The translations under genes were made by a program, and so were the position numbers. Positions 28,756-37,839 of a DNA stretch of 64,000 nucleotides are shown piece after piece; within the stretch, counting starts at the first letter, position 1; each line of letters starts with the position of its first letter. Source of the DNA: an uncultured delta proteobacterium (GTDB lineage: Bacteria; Desulfobacterota; Binatia; DP-6); contig CAWFFN010000009.1 of assembly GCA_963815115.1 (NCBI GenBank), positions 192,001-256,000 on the forward strand, given 5' to 3'. The notes under the pieces were generated by a model. That model was not told the origin of the DNA. It worked only from the letters and a program-made list of their open reading frames with translations, and made no database searches.

Positions 28756-30006
28756 ATGGGTGGGGCACGCGCGCTGGTGGCGGGCCTGGTCGTCACGCTG
28801 GTGGTGCTGGCGCTGGCAGTCGTCGTGCGCTCGATCGGACGCGGTCCCGAGCCGACGCGTCCGGGGACGATCGACGCGCTGGCGTCCAGCAGCGACACCT
28901 GCGTCACGTGCCACCGGAAGTCGACCCCCGGCATCGTGGAGCAGTACGGGCACAGCACCATGGCCGCCGCGGGCGTGCGCTGTCAGGACTGCCACGAGGT
29001 GAAGAGCGACTATCCCGGCGCCGTCGCCCACGAGGGCACCCACGTCCTCGCGCAGCCGACGACGGCGATGTGCACGCGGTGCCACCAGAACCAGGTGGCG
29101 CAGTTCGCCCAGAGTCGGCACGGGTTGCCGGCATACGTAGCCTACGCCGGCTCGAAGGATCTGACCGCGGCCCAGCTCGCGGAGTATCGCGCCATCCCGG
29201 AAGGACACTTCGCCCCCGACCAGTCGCGCAACGCGATCGCCGTCATCGAGGGCGAGCGCATCACGCATTTCGCGTGCGCCACCTGCCACGCCATCGGCGC
29301 GCCGGCGGCGGACGGCTCGTCGGGCCAGTGCTGGCGGTGTCACCTGCGGCACGAGTTCAGCCTGGAGCAGGCGCGGAAGCCCGAGACCTGCAACGCCTGC
29401 CACATCGGCCCCGACCACCCGCAGTGGGAGATCTACGTCGAGAGTCCCCACGGGATCGCCTACCACACCGGGGGCGATCGCTGGCACTGGAACGCAAAGC
29501 CGGGGACGCTGACGGTGCGCGACTTCCCGGCGCCGACCTGCGCGACCTGTCACCTGAGCGGCTTCGGCAGCCAGGGGACGACGCACGACGTCGGCGACCG
29601 GCTGACCTGGTACCTCTTCGCGCCGATCAGCGAGCGGCGGCCCGCCTGGGAAGACAACCGCACCCGCATGCAGAGCGTCTGCCGCGCCTGCCACAACCAG
29701 AACTTCGTCCGGGACTTCTACCAGCACGCCGACGAGGCCACCGAGGCGGTGAACGATCTCGTCCGGCAGAGCAACGCGATCATCGACGGGCTCAAGGCCG
29801 ACGGGCTGGTGACGCCGACGCCGTTCGACGAGCCCATCGACTTCGTCGCCTTCGACACCTGGCACCACTACGGGCGCACCGCGAAGTTCGGCGCGTGGAT
29901 GCAGGGGCCGGACTACACGCAATGGCACGGCGCGTACGAGGTCGTGAAGGGCCTGGCGGAGCTGCGTGCCATGGCGGCGGAGAAGCGGGCGCATCGCGGT
30001 GAGTGA
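28756..30006 (+). CDS. Octaheme c-type cytochrome, hydroxylamine oxidoreductase (HAO)-like family
   Basis: Eight CxxCH motifs (CVTCH, CQDCH, CTRCH, CATCH, CWRCH, CNACH, CATCH, CRACH); PETCxxCHxGPDHPQxEIYxESxHG; N-terminal membrane anchor. Confidence 0.88.
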   Translation: MGGARALVAGLVVTLVVLALAVVVRSIGRGPEPTRPGTIDALASSSDTCVTCHRKSTPGIVEQYGHSTMAAAGVRCQDCHEVKSDYPGAVAHEGTHVLAQPTTAMCTRCHQNQVAQFAQSRHGLPAYVAYAGSKDLTAAQLAEYRAIPEGHFAPDQSRNAIAVIEGERITHFACATCHAIGAPAADGSSGQCWRCHLRHEFSLEQARKPETCNACHIGPDHPQWEIYVESPHGIAYHTGGDRWHWNAKPGTLTVRDFPAPTCATCHLSGFGSQGTTHDVGDRLTWYLFAPISERRPAWEDNRTRMQSVCRACHNQNFVRDFYQHADEATEAVNDLVRQSNAIIDGLKADGLVTPTPFDEPIDFVAFDTWHHYGRTAKFGAWMQGPDYTQWHGAYEVVKGLAELRAMAAEKRAHRGE

Positions 30007-30907
30007 GCCGCTCGAGGTGCTGTGGCCGCGCGCCTCGTGGCTGCGGCGGTTGCCCTTCGGGCGCGACCAGGTGATGCTGCTGCTCGCGGCGGTCTCGGTG
30101 GCGCTGTCGGGTCTGGATGCCTGGCTGGTGCACGGCGCCCGCGGTACGGTGCGCGGCGCCGAGTGGATCCCGGTCGTCTTCGGCCCGCTCGCCGGGGCGG
30201 CGCTGCTGATCGCCGGCCTGATCGCGCTCCGCCGGCGTACGCTCGCCTCGCTGCTCGCCACCGCCGTCTTCGCCGCCAGCGTCGTGGTCGGCGTCGCCGG
30301 GGCCTGGTTCCACCTGCAGCGGGCGATCCTGGCGGCGGCGGCACCGGGCCAGCGCGTCCTGCTCGATCTCTTCTTCTGGGCTCCCCCCGTGCTCGGCCCG
30401 CTGGCCTTCGCCTTCATCGGCATCTTCGGCACCAGCGCCGCCTGGGTCGAGACGCCCCCCGGCAGCGGTCAGCTCCTCCTGCCCGGCGACGTCCGCCTCC
30501 GCCTGCCGTATCCGAAGATCAACGCCTACTTCTACATCACCGCGACGGGCATCCTGATCACGCTGGTGTCGTCGGTGCTCGACCACGCCGCCACCGGCTT
30601 CGAGGACGCGTGGCTGTGGCTTCCGACGGCCGGCGGCACGTTCGCGATGGTGGTGGCGACGGTGCTCGGCATGATCGAGCGCCCGACGAGGGCGGATCTG
30701 TGGACCTACGTGGGCGCCATGGTCCTCCTGCTCGCGATCGGCGCCGTCGGCGCGGTACTTCACCTGCTGTTCGATCTCGGTCCGAGCCGACAGCTGGTGC
30801 TGGAACGCTTGCTCCGGGGCGCGCCGCTCATGGCGCCGTTGCTCTTCAGCAACATGGGGCTCGTCGGGCTCGTCGCGCTCCTTCCGGAGCGCGAGTACGC
30901 CGGGTGA
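29999..30907 (+). CDS. Integral membrane protein, internally duplicated, 4 His in TM segments
   Basis: Overlaps the cytochrome stop; ~8 hydrophobic helices in two similar halves. Confidence 0.75.
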   Translation: MSEPLEVLWPRASWLRRLPFGRDQVMLLLAAVSVALSGLDAWLVHGARGTVRGAEWIPVVFGPLAGAALLIAGLIALRRRTLASLLATAVFAASVVVGVAGAWFHLQRAILAAAAPGQRVLLDLFFWAPPVLGPLAFAFIGIFGTSAAWVETPPGSGQLLLPGDVRLRLPYPKINAYFYITATGILITLVSSVLDHAATGFEDAWLWLPTAGGTFAMVVATVLGMIERPTRADLWTYVGAMVLLLAIGAVGAVLHLLFDLGPSRQLVLERLLRGAPLMAPLLFSNMGLVGLVALLPEREYAG

Positions 30908-31008
30908 GAGGCAGTTCGATGTCCCCGACAGCTTGGCGCAACGACGGTCGATCCCTATCGTACGCCGGCACGTGTCCCCCCGAGGACGCCCCGGGAGAGG
31001 AGGAGGAC

Positions 31009-31598
31009 ATGAGGCTGCTCCCGATGTTCGTGTCTGCCCTGGTGCCGACACTGCTGCTCGCGGCGAGCCCTTCCCTCGACTGCGGCAAGGCGACGGGGAA
31101 GGTGCCTGCGTTGCTGTGCACGGACGACGCCCTGGCGCAGCTGGACCGGAAGATGGCGGAGACCTACGAGCCGGCGCTGCGTTCCATGACCGAGGCCGAT
31201 CGCAACACGGAGCAAGGCTCCCAGCGCCGGTGGATGGGCGAGCGCGACGCGTGTGCCGGCAAGAAGGACAAGGCGGTGCCTGGAGAGCCTCTACGAATCG
31301 CGGATCACCGCCCTGCAGGTCAAGGGTGCCTGGTCACGGCGCCGCCGCCGACGCTGTACGACTGCGGCACGGCGGGCACGGTCACTGCGTATTTCTACAA
31401 CGACACGCAGCTGCCGGCGGCGGTGGTCAACGTGGGCGCATCGATCGGGGACCTCGCCGTCTCCCAGCCGACCGGGAGCGGCGCGAAGTACGGCGGCAGG
31501 AAGCTGACGTTCTGGACAAGGGGGACACGGCCCTGCTCATCCGTGACGGCAAGCCGCAGGTGGAGTGCACCAAGAAGACGACCGCGAGCGGAGATTGA
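31009..31598 (+). pseudogene. LprI (DUF1311) + MliC lysozyme-inhibitor-like secreted protein, split by ~3 frameshifts
   Basis: AGGAGG RBS; PSLDCGKA..LC..LDRKM..Y..QRRW..RDAC / CLESLYESRITAL / YDC..GSGAKY..FWT / KGDTALL..VEC lie in different frames. Confidence 0.72.
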
Positions 31599-31752
31599 AG
31601 CGCCGGTGAGGATGGCGATCGCCTCCATCTACACCCTGGCGGGTGTCGCCTCGGCCGCCGTCGGCTTCGCCGGGATGCTCGGCGTCGCGACGGGAACTCC
31701 GTGAAGGTCCCCCCAGACCGGTCGGGTTCGCCGCGGTCTTCCTCTCCGCGGA

Positions 31753-31779
31753 TGTCGATCTGGAGGCGTCTCGTTCGAC
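31753..31779 (+). promoter_or_regulatory. Putative ECF42 promoter (TGTCGA-N17-CGAC)
   Basis: tgtcga-tctggaggcgtctcgtt-cgac, ~110 bp upstream of the BNR-repeat gene. Confidence 0.7.
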
Positions 31780-31890
31780 GACACCGGTAGAGAGCCCACA
31801 GCCGCGAGCCGTGGGCCGCGAGCGGCGATCGAGCGGTCGGGCACGAGCGACCCGCGAATGCCGGCGCGACGCTCTAGGGAGGACTGATTG

Positions 31891-33006
31891 ATGAGCAGTG
31901 TTCGGGTACTGGTGGGCACGCGGAAGGGGGCGTTCGTCCTCGAGGCGGACGGAGCGCGCGCGCGGTGGAGCGTCAGTGGCCCTCATTTCGGCGGCTGGGA
32001 GATCTACCATCTCAAGGGATCGCCGGCGGACCCGGATCGCCTGTACGTGTCGCAGGGCACCGGCTGGTTCGGCCAGTTGATCCAGCGCTCGGACGACGGC
32101 GGCAGGACCTGGGAGCCGGTGGGCAACCAGTTCGCGTATGACGGCGTCACCGGCACGCACCTCTGGTATGACGGCACGCCCCACCCGTGGGAGTTCGCAC
32201 GCGTCTGGCACCTCGAGCCATCGTCGACCGACCCGGACACCGTCTACGCCGGAGTCGAGGACGCGGCGCTGTTCCGCACGATCGACGGCGGCCGGTCGTG
32301 GCACGAGCTGGCCGGGCTGCGCACCCACGGATCGGCATCCTCCTGGCAGCCGGGTGCCGGAGGCATGTGCCTGCACACGATTCTCCTCGACCCGACCCAT
32401 CCCGAGCGGATCTTCGTCGCGATCTCGTCGGCCGGAGCTTTCCGGACCGACGATGCCGGCAAGACGTGGCGGCCGATCAACCGGGGTCTCAAGTCGGAGG
32501 GCATTCCCGACCCCGCCGCCGAGGTCGGGCACTGCGTGCATCGCATCGCGGTGCACCGCTCGCGTCCCGGCGTGCTGTTCATGCAGAAGCACTGGGACGT
32601 CATGCGGAGCGACGACGGCGGCGAGAGCTGGCACGAGGTGAGCGGGAACCTGCCCAGCGACTTCGGCTTTCCCATCGACGTGCACGCGCACGAGCCGGAG
32701 ACCATCTACGTCGTGCCGATCAAGAGCGACTCGGAGCACTACCCCCCGGAGGGCAAGCTGCGCGTCTACCGGAGCCGCACCGGCGGAAACGAGTGGGAGG
32801 CGCTCACCAGGGGGCTTCCGCAGAGCGACTGCTACGTGAACGTGCTGCGCGACGCGATGGCCGTCGACTCGCTGGATTCGTGCGGCGTGTACTTCGGCAC
32901 CACCGGCGGGCAGGTATACGCCTCGGCGGACGCCGGGGACACGTGGTCGCCCATCGTCCGCGATCTTCCCGCCGTGCTGTCCGTCGAGGTGCAGACGCTG
33001 CCATGA
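31891..33006 (+). CDS. BNR/Asp-box repeat beta-propeller protein (sialidase-like fold), no signal peptide
   Basis: Repeated Asp boxes [44 protein letters not shown]. Confidence 0.88.
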   Translation: MSSVRVLVGTRKGAFVLEADGARARWSVSGPHFGGWEIYHLKGSPADPDRLYVSQGTGWFGQLIQRSDDGGRTWEPVGNQFAYDGVTGTHLWYDGTPHPWEFARVWHLEPSSTDPDTVYAGVEDAALFRTIDGGRSWHELAGLRTHGSASSWQPGAGGMCLHTILLDPTHPERIFVAISSAGAFRTDDAGKTWRPINRGLKSEGIPDPAAEVGHCVHRIAVHRSRPGVLFMQKHWDVMRSDDGGESWHEVSGNLPSDFGFPIDVHAHEPETIYVVPIKSDSEHYPPEGKLRVYRSRTGGNEWEALTRGLPQSDCYVNVLRDAMAVDSLDSCGVYFGTTGGQVYASADAGDTWSPIVRDLPAVLSVEVQTLP

Positions 33007-33299
33007 TCCGGGTCGTCCTCCCGGCCCACCTGCAGAAGCTGGCGCACGTCGAGCGCGAGGTGGCCCTCGACGTCGAGGGCGCGATCACGCAGCGGGCCGT
33101 CCTCGACGCGCTCGAGGCGCGCTATCCGATGCTGCGCGGGACGATTCGCGACCACGAGACGAAGCGGCGGCGGCCGTTCGTGCGCTTCTTCGCCTGCCAG
33201 GAGGACCTCTCGAACGAGGCGCCGGACATGCTGCTGCCCGAGGCGGTCGCGACCGGGGCCGAGCCGTTTCTGGTCGTCGGCGCGATGGCCGGCGGCTAG
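33003..33299 (+). CDS. MoaD/ThiS family ubiquitin-like protein
   Basis: [21 protein letters not shown]-terminal MAGG; ATGA overlap with the BNR gene. Confidence 0.88.
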   Translation: MIRVVLPAHLQKLAHVEREVALDVEGAITQRAVLDALEARYPMLRGTIRDHETKRRRPFVRFFACQEDLSNEAPDMLLPEAVATGAEPFLVVGAMAGG

Positions 33300-33341
33300 C
33301 AGTCGGAGGCCGCATCCAGATGCGACGAGCGAAGGAACGCG

Positions 33342-33715
33342 ATGAGCGGCGGAGGATTCTCCGGGGAGCGGCTCGGCCGCATGCACGAGGTGATGGCCGG
33401 CCACGTCGAGCGCGGTAACGTGCCCGGTCTCGTGACGCTGGTCAGCCGGCACGGCGACGTCCATGTCGACGTGATCGGGACGAAAGCGCTCGGCGGCGGG
33501 GACCCGACGCGGTGCGACACGATCTTCCGGGTCACCTCCATGACCAAGCCGGTCACCGCGGCGGCGGCGATGATCCAGGTGGAGGAATGCAGGCTGCGGC
33601 TGACCCGGCCGAGGACATGGCCGCGATCCTGATGACCCAGCGCGCGGGTTTTCCTCAGATGTCGGGCGTCTACCTCGACGTCTGGACGTCGGCGTACCAG
33701 GCGATCGCCGACTGA
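33342..33715 (+). pseudogene. Serine hydrolase (beta-lactamase family) remnant with a large internal deletion
   Basis: N-terminus up to IFRVTSMTKPVT (SxxK) joined out of frame near 33600 to C-terminal DPAEDMAAILMTQR..AYQAIAD. Confidence 0.78.
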
Positions 33716-33724
33716 GCCGTGGCG

Positions 33725-33751
33725 TGTCGATTTCGCGGATGCCGGTTCGTC
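33725..33751 (+). promoter_or_regulatory. Putative ECF42 promoter (TGTCGA-N17-CGTC)
   Basis: tgtcga-tttcgcggatgccggtt-cgtc, ~80 bp upstream of a YciI gene. Confidence 0.72.
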
Positions 33752-33833
33752 GTCCTGTCGAGCGCGGCTTGACGGCCGATCGAGATCTCCCGGAAGGCCA
33801 GCTCCGAACCCGGAAACACGAGGAGAGACGACG

Positions 33834-34256
33834 ATGCGATTCTTGATGATGGTGAAGGCGAACGAGGACTCCGAAGCCGGCGTCATGCCGGACGACGCGC
33901 TCATCGCCGAGATGGGGCGGTACAACGAGGAGCTGGCGAAGGCGGGCGTCCTCCTCGATCTCTCCGGGCTCCAGCCCAGCTCCAGGGGCGTGCGGATCAG
34001 GTTCTCCGGAGGCAAGCGCACCGTGATCGACGGCCCCTTCACGGAGACCAAGGAGCTGATCGCCGGCTACTGGCTGATCCAGGTGAAGTCCAGGGAAGAG
34101 GCGATCGAGTGGGCCAGGCGCGCTCCGGCGCCTCACGGCGAGGGAGCGGAGGGCGAGATCGAGCTCCGGCAGCTGTTCGAGCTGGAGGACTTCGCTCCCA
34201 GCGAGGCGATCGACCGCGCGCGCGAGCTCGAGAAGCAGCTCGCGAGGAGCAAGTAG
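33834..34256 (+). CDS. YciI/DGPF family protein
   Basis: VIDGPFTETKELIAGYW, EIELRQLFE. Confidence 0.92.
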   Translation: MRFLMMVKANEDSEAGVMPDDALIAEMGRYNEELAKAGVLLDLSGLQPSSRGVRIRFSGGKRTVIDGPFTETKELIAGYWLIQVKSREEAIEWARRAPAPHGEGAEGEIELRQLFELEDFAPSEAIDRARELEKQLARSK

Positions 34257-34260
34257 CCCG

Positions 34261-34908
34261 ATGTCTCTCGAGCTCTACTTCCACCCGCTGTCGTCGTTCT
34301 GCCAGAAGGTGCTCATCGCGCTGTACGAGAACGAGACGCGCTTCGTGCCGCACGTCGTCGACTTCGGCAACGAAGCGTCCAGCGCGAAGCTCAGGAAGCT
34401 GTGGCCGGTCGGGAAGATTCCCGTGCTGCGCGATGAGGCCAGGGATCGCACGGTCCCCGAGTCCAGCACCATCATCGAGTACCTGGCGCAGCACTACCCG
34501 GGCGGGACGAAGCTCGTCCCCGCGGATCCGGATCTCGCCCGGCAGACGCGCCTGGTCGATCGCTTCTACGACCTGCAGGTGAACGTCCCGATGCAGAAGG
34601 TCGTCACCGACCGGCTCCGGCCGGAGGGACAGCACGATCCGTACGGCGTCGAGCAGGCAAAGGCGGCGCTGCGGACCGCGTACGGCATGATCGAGCAGGG
34701 AATGGACGCGAAGACCTGGGCCATGGGCGATGACTTCACCATGGCCGACTGCGCCGCCGCGCCGGCGCTGGCCTATGCCGACATGGTGCTGCCCTTCGGC
34801 GACGAGCACCCGCACGCGGTGGCGTACCTGGCCCGCCTGCAGGAGCGCCCGTCATTCGCCCGCGCGATGCGGGAAGCGGCGCCTTACCTCGCTCAGTTCC
34901 CGAAGTAG
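34261..34908 (+). CDS. Glutathione S-transferase family protein
   Basis: HPLSSFCQKV, GKIPVL, ESSTIIEYL, FTMADCAAAP. Confidence 0.9.
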   Translation: MSLELYFHPLSSFCQKVLIALYENETRFVPHVVDFGNEASSAKLRKLWPVGKIPVLRDEARDRTVPESSTIIEYLAQHYPGGTKLVPADPDLARQTRLVDRFYDLQVNVPMQKVVTDRLRPEGQHDPYGVEQAKAALRTAYGMIEQGMDAKTWAMGDDFTMADCAAAPALAYADMVLPFGDEHPHAVAYLARLQERPSFARAMREAAPYLAQFPK

Positions 34909-34960
34909 CGCGATCTAGCCCCCCGGCGCCCAAAGCACTTTCGAGCAGAGGAGAGACCCG

Positions 34961-35329
34961 ATGAGCGTGACACCCTATTTGACGTTGACGGACGCGAAGG
35001 CCGCCATCGACTTCTACGTCAAGGCCTTCGGCGCGGTGGAGCAGTTCCGCCTGCCGGCGGACGACGGGAAGAAGATCATGCATGCGGTGCTGAGCGTCGC
35101 CGGGGGCACCGTCTTCCTGAGCGACATGGGACCGAGCCAGCAGCCGGCGAGCGTCGCGGTCGCCCTCGGCCTCGAGAACGCGCAGGCCGTGGATGCCCTG
35201 GCGACCCGGGTGGCCGAAGCGGGGGCTACCATCAACTTCGGGCCGCAGGACATGTTCTGGGGCGACCGCTTCGCCGAGCTGACCGACCCCTTCGGTCACC
35301 GGTGGCTACTGAGCGCGCCCAAGGCCTGA
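34961..35329 (+). CDS. VOC/glyoxalase (PhnB-like) protein
   Basis: VTPYL..AIDFY..AFGA, IMHA, DMFWGDR..TDPFGHRW. Confidence 0.9.
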   Translation: MSVTPYLTLTDAKAAIDFYVKAFGAVEQFRLPADDGKKIMHAVLSVAGGTVFLSDMGPSQQPASVAVALGLENAQAVDALATRVAEAGATINFGPQDMFWGDRFAELTDPFGHRWLLSAPKA

Positions 35330-35347
35330 AACCCGAAGGATGGTGCA

Positions 35348-35710
35348 ATGCCGTATCTGATGCTGATCATGGAAGACCCGGACATGAGGCGGAGCCGGCG
35401 ACCCGAGGAGGGGCGGCGGGCCCGCGATCGCATGTCGCAGTTCGCCGATGGCTTACGGGCGCGCGGCGTGCTCCGGGCCTGCGAATCGCTCACGTCCGAT
35501 GCCCAGGGCGCCCGCATCCAGGTTCGAGGCGGTAAGCGGAGCGTCGTCGACGGTCCGTTTGCGGAATCGAAGGAGATCGTCGGAGGCTTCTTCCTTCTCG
35601 ACTGTCGGACCAGGGAGGAGGCGGTCGCGATCGCCAGCGAGTGCCCCGCCACGGAGTGGGCGACCGTCGAGGTGCGCGAGCTGGGGCCGTGCTGGGAGGG
35701 CAACGAGTGA
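35348..35710 (+). CDS. YciI/DGPF family protein
   Basis: VVDGPFAESKEIVGGF, VEVRE. Confidence 0.9.
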   Translation: MPYLMLIMEDPDMRRSRRPEEGRRARDRMSQFADGLRARGVLRACESLTSDAQGARIQVRGGKRSVVDGPFAESKEIVGGFFLLDCRTREEAVAIASECPATEWATVEVRELGPCWEGNE

Positions 35711-35763
35711 CGCCCGCCGCCGAACGCTTGCACTAGCGGAGGAAGATGCTGTGATCGGAGGCC

Positions 35764-37050
35764 GTGCCGGCTTCCGATATCCAGCGCGCGATCGACGCGG
35801 TCTGGCGGATAGAGTCCGCGCGGCTCATCGCCGGACTCGCGCGCATCGTACGCGACGTCGGCGTGGCCGAGGACCTCGCCCAGGAGGCCCTGGTCGCCGC
35901 GCTCGAGCGGTGGCCGGAGTCGGGCATCCCGGACAAGCCGGGCGCCTGGCTCATGGCCACGGCCAAGCATCGCGCCATCGACCTGCTGCGCCGCCGCACG
36001 CTGCTCGAGCGCAAGCACGAGGAGCTCGGCCGCGAGCTCGAGGTGGAGCGCGAGCTGGCCGCGCCGGATCTCGATGCCGCGATCGACGATCACATCGGCG
36101 ACGATGTCCTGCGGCTGGTCTTCATCGCCTGCCATCCCGTGCTCTCGACCGAGGCGCGGGTGGCGCTCACCCTCCGCCTCCTCGGCGGCCTGACCACCGA
36201 GGAGATCGCGCGCGCATTCCTCGTACCGGAGTCGACGGTCGCCCAGCGCATCGTCCGGGCCAAGCGGACCCTGGCCGAGCAGCACGTGCCCTTCGAGGTG
36301 CCCCGCGGCGCCGAGCTCGCGGCCCGGCTCTCGTCCGTTCTCGAGGCCGTCTACCTCGTCTTCAACGAAGGCTACTCGGCGACCGCCGGTGACGACTGGA
36401 TGCGACCGGCGCTGTGCGACGACGCGCTCCGCCTCGGCCGTATCCTGGCCGGTCTGATGCCGGAGGAGGCGGAGGTCCACGGCCTCGTGGCCTTGATGGA
36501 GATCCAGGCGTCGCGCGCCCGGGCACGCAGTGGTCCCTCGGGAGAGCCCGTGCTGCTGCTCGATCAGAACCGTGCGTTGTGGGACCGCGTCCTGGTGCGT
36601 CGCGGTCTCGCGGCGCTCGAGCGGGCCGGGGCGCTCGGCGGCGCCCAGGGTCCCTACGCGTTGCAGGCCGCGATCGCCGCCTGTCACGCCCGGGCCCGGA
36701 CGGCGGCGGCCACCGACTGGGCGCGCATCGCGGCGCTCTACGAGGCGCTCGTCCGGCTCACGCCTTCCCCCGTCGTGGAGCTCAATCGCGCGGTCGCGGT
36801 CGCGATGGCATCGGGGCCGGCCGCGGGTCTCGAGCTGGTCGATGCGCTGACCTCGGAGCCGTCGCTGCGAAGCTACCATCTCCTGCCGAGCGTGCGCGGC
36901 GAGCTCCTCGCGAAGCTCGGCCGCTTCGACGAGGCGCGGGCGGAGTGCGAACGCGCTGCCTCCCTCACGCGCAACGCCCGCGAGCGCGACCTGCTCCTCG
37001 CGCGCGCCGCGGCCTACGCCCGCGGCTCGGCGGAGCTGTCGGCGACCTAG
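35764..37050 (+). CDS. ECF42-type RNA polymerase sigma factor (second paralog)
   Basis: DDVLRLVFIACHPVL, GLTTEEIARAF, YLVFNEGY, SPVVELNRAVA. Confidence 0.9.
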   Translation: MPASDIQRAIDAVWRIESARLIAGLARIVRDVGVAEDLAQEALVAALERWPESGIPDKPGAWLMATAKHRAIDLLRRRTLLERKHEELGRELEVERELAAPDLDAAIDDHIGDDVLRLVFIACHPVLSTEARVALTLRLLGGLTTEEIARAFLVPESTVAQRIVRAKRTLAEQHVPFEVPRGAELAARLSSVLEAVYLVFNEGYSATAGDDWMRPALCDDALRLGRILAGLMPEEAEVHGLVALMEIQASRARARSGPSGEPVLLLDQNRALWDRVLVRRGLAALERAGALGGAQGPYALQAAIAACHARARTAAATDWARIAALYEALVRLTPSPVVELNRAVAVAMASGPAAGLELVDALTSEPSLRSYHLLPSVRGELLAKLGRFDEARAECERAASLTRNARERDLLLARAAAYARGSAELSAT

Positions 37051-37105
37051 AGCGGGATCGACGCTCGAGCGAGCCCGGTCGCTACTCCGGTTGGGTCGCG
37101 CTCGC

Positions 37106-37774
37106 CTACCGGGAGGCACTGGCCCGCGACAAGTCAGGCTCCAGCGAGGCGATCGGCGTCCGCTGTACCCGCGCGACCCAGTAGAAGATGAGCGGCGTGA
37201 GGACGACGGTTGGAGCCAGCCAGACCACGAACGCCGGTTCGAACCGGATGTTGACCACGGCGAACGCGGTGAGCGCCGCGATGGTTGCACCCAGCATCCT
37301 GCCGAGGTGAACCGTGATGCGAAGAACTCCCCGATATCGAGCGCCTCGCAGGAGCCACAGGTCGGTGAATGAAAGGGCACCGCCGATGGTCCCGAATACG
37401 AGCAGCACGATCCCCATGTGGTCTCCCGATCGGATCAGGGCGAGTCCCCTGGCACCCATCGCGACCGCCGCGACGACCATCACGATCGCTGCCGCCCAGT
37501 CCAGCCCGGTGGCAACCCCGGTGCGATTCCGCGCTCGGAGCCAGCCGGTGCCGGCAAGGTAGAAGCTGAAGATGGCGATGAGCAGGAGGAACAGGTTCGG
37601 CCTGATCAGCGTCATCGGAACTGCCGTGAGGAAGACCCCCAGCATCGCGATCACGAAGGCTCTTCCGGAGTAGGCGTGCCAACGGCCGCCCTTCGAGGTG
37701 GCAAGCGCGATGGCAGCGCTCAGCAGGGCGGTGGTCCCGCTCGCGATGTGCAGCGGGAGGAGAACGTCATACAT
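37106..37774 (-). CDS. Membrane protein (DUF2306-like)
   Basis: LHIASG..KGGRWH..GR; HLGRMLG..IAALTAF; ~6 TM segments. Confidence 0.7.
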   Translation of the reverse strand: MYDVLLPLHIASGTTALLSAAIALATSKGGRWHAYSGRAFVIAMLGVFLTAVPMTLIRPNLFLLLIAIFSFYLAGTGWLRARNRTGVATGLDWAAAIVMVVAAVAMGARGLALIRSGDHMGIVLLVFGTIGGALSFTDLWLLRGARYRGVLRITVHLGRMLGATIAALTAFAVVNIRFEPAFVVWLAPTVVLTPLIFYWVARVQRTPIASLEPDLSRASASR

Positions 37775-37839
37775 GGGGCGAGCCTCGCGCCACGGTGCTG
37801 ATCGGTTGGAGACGCGGTTTCATGGGCGCGGCGCTTCTC

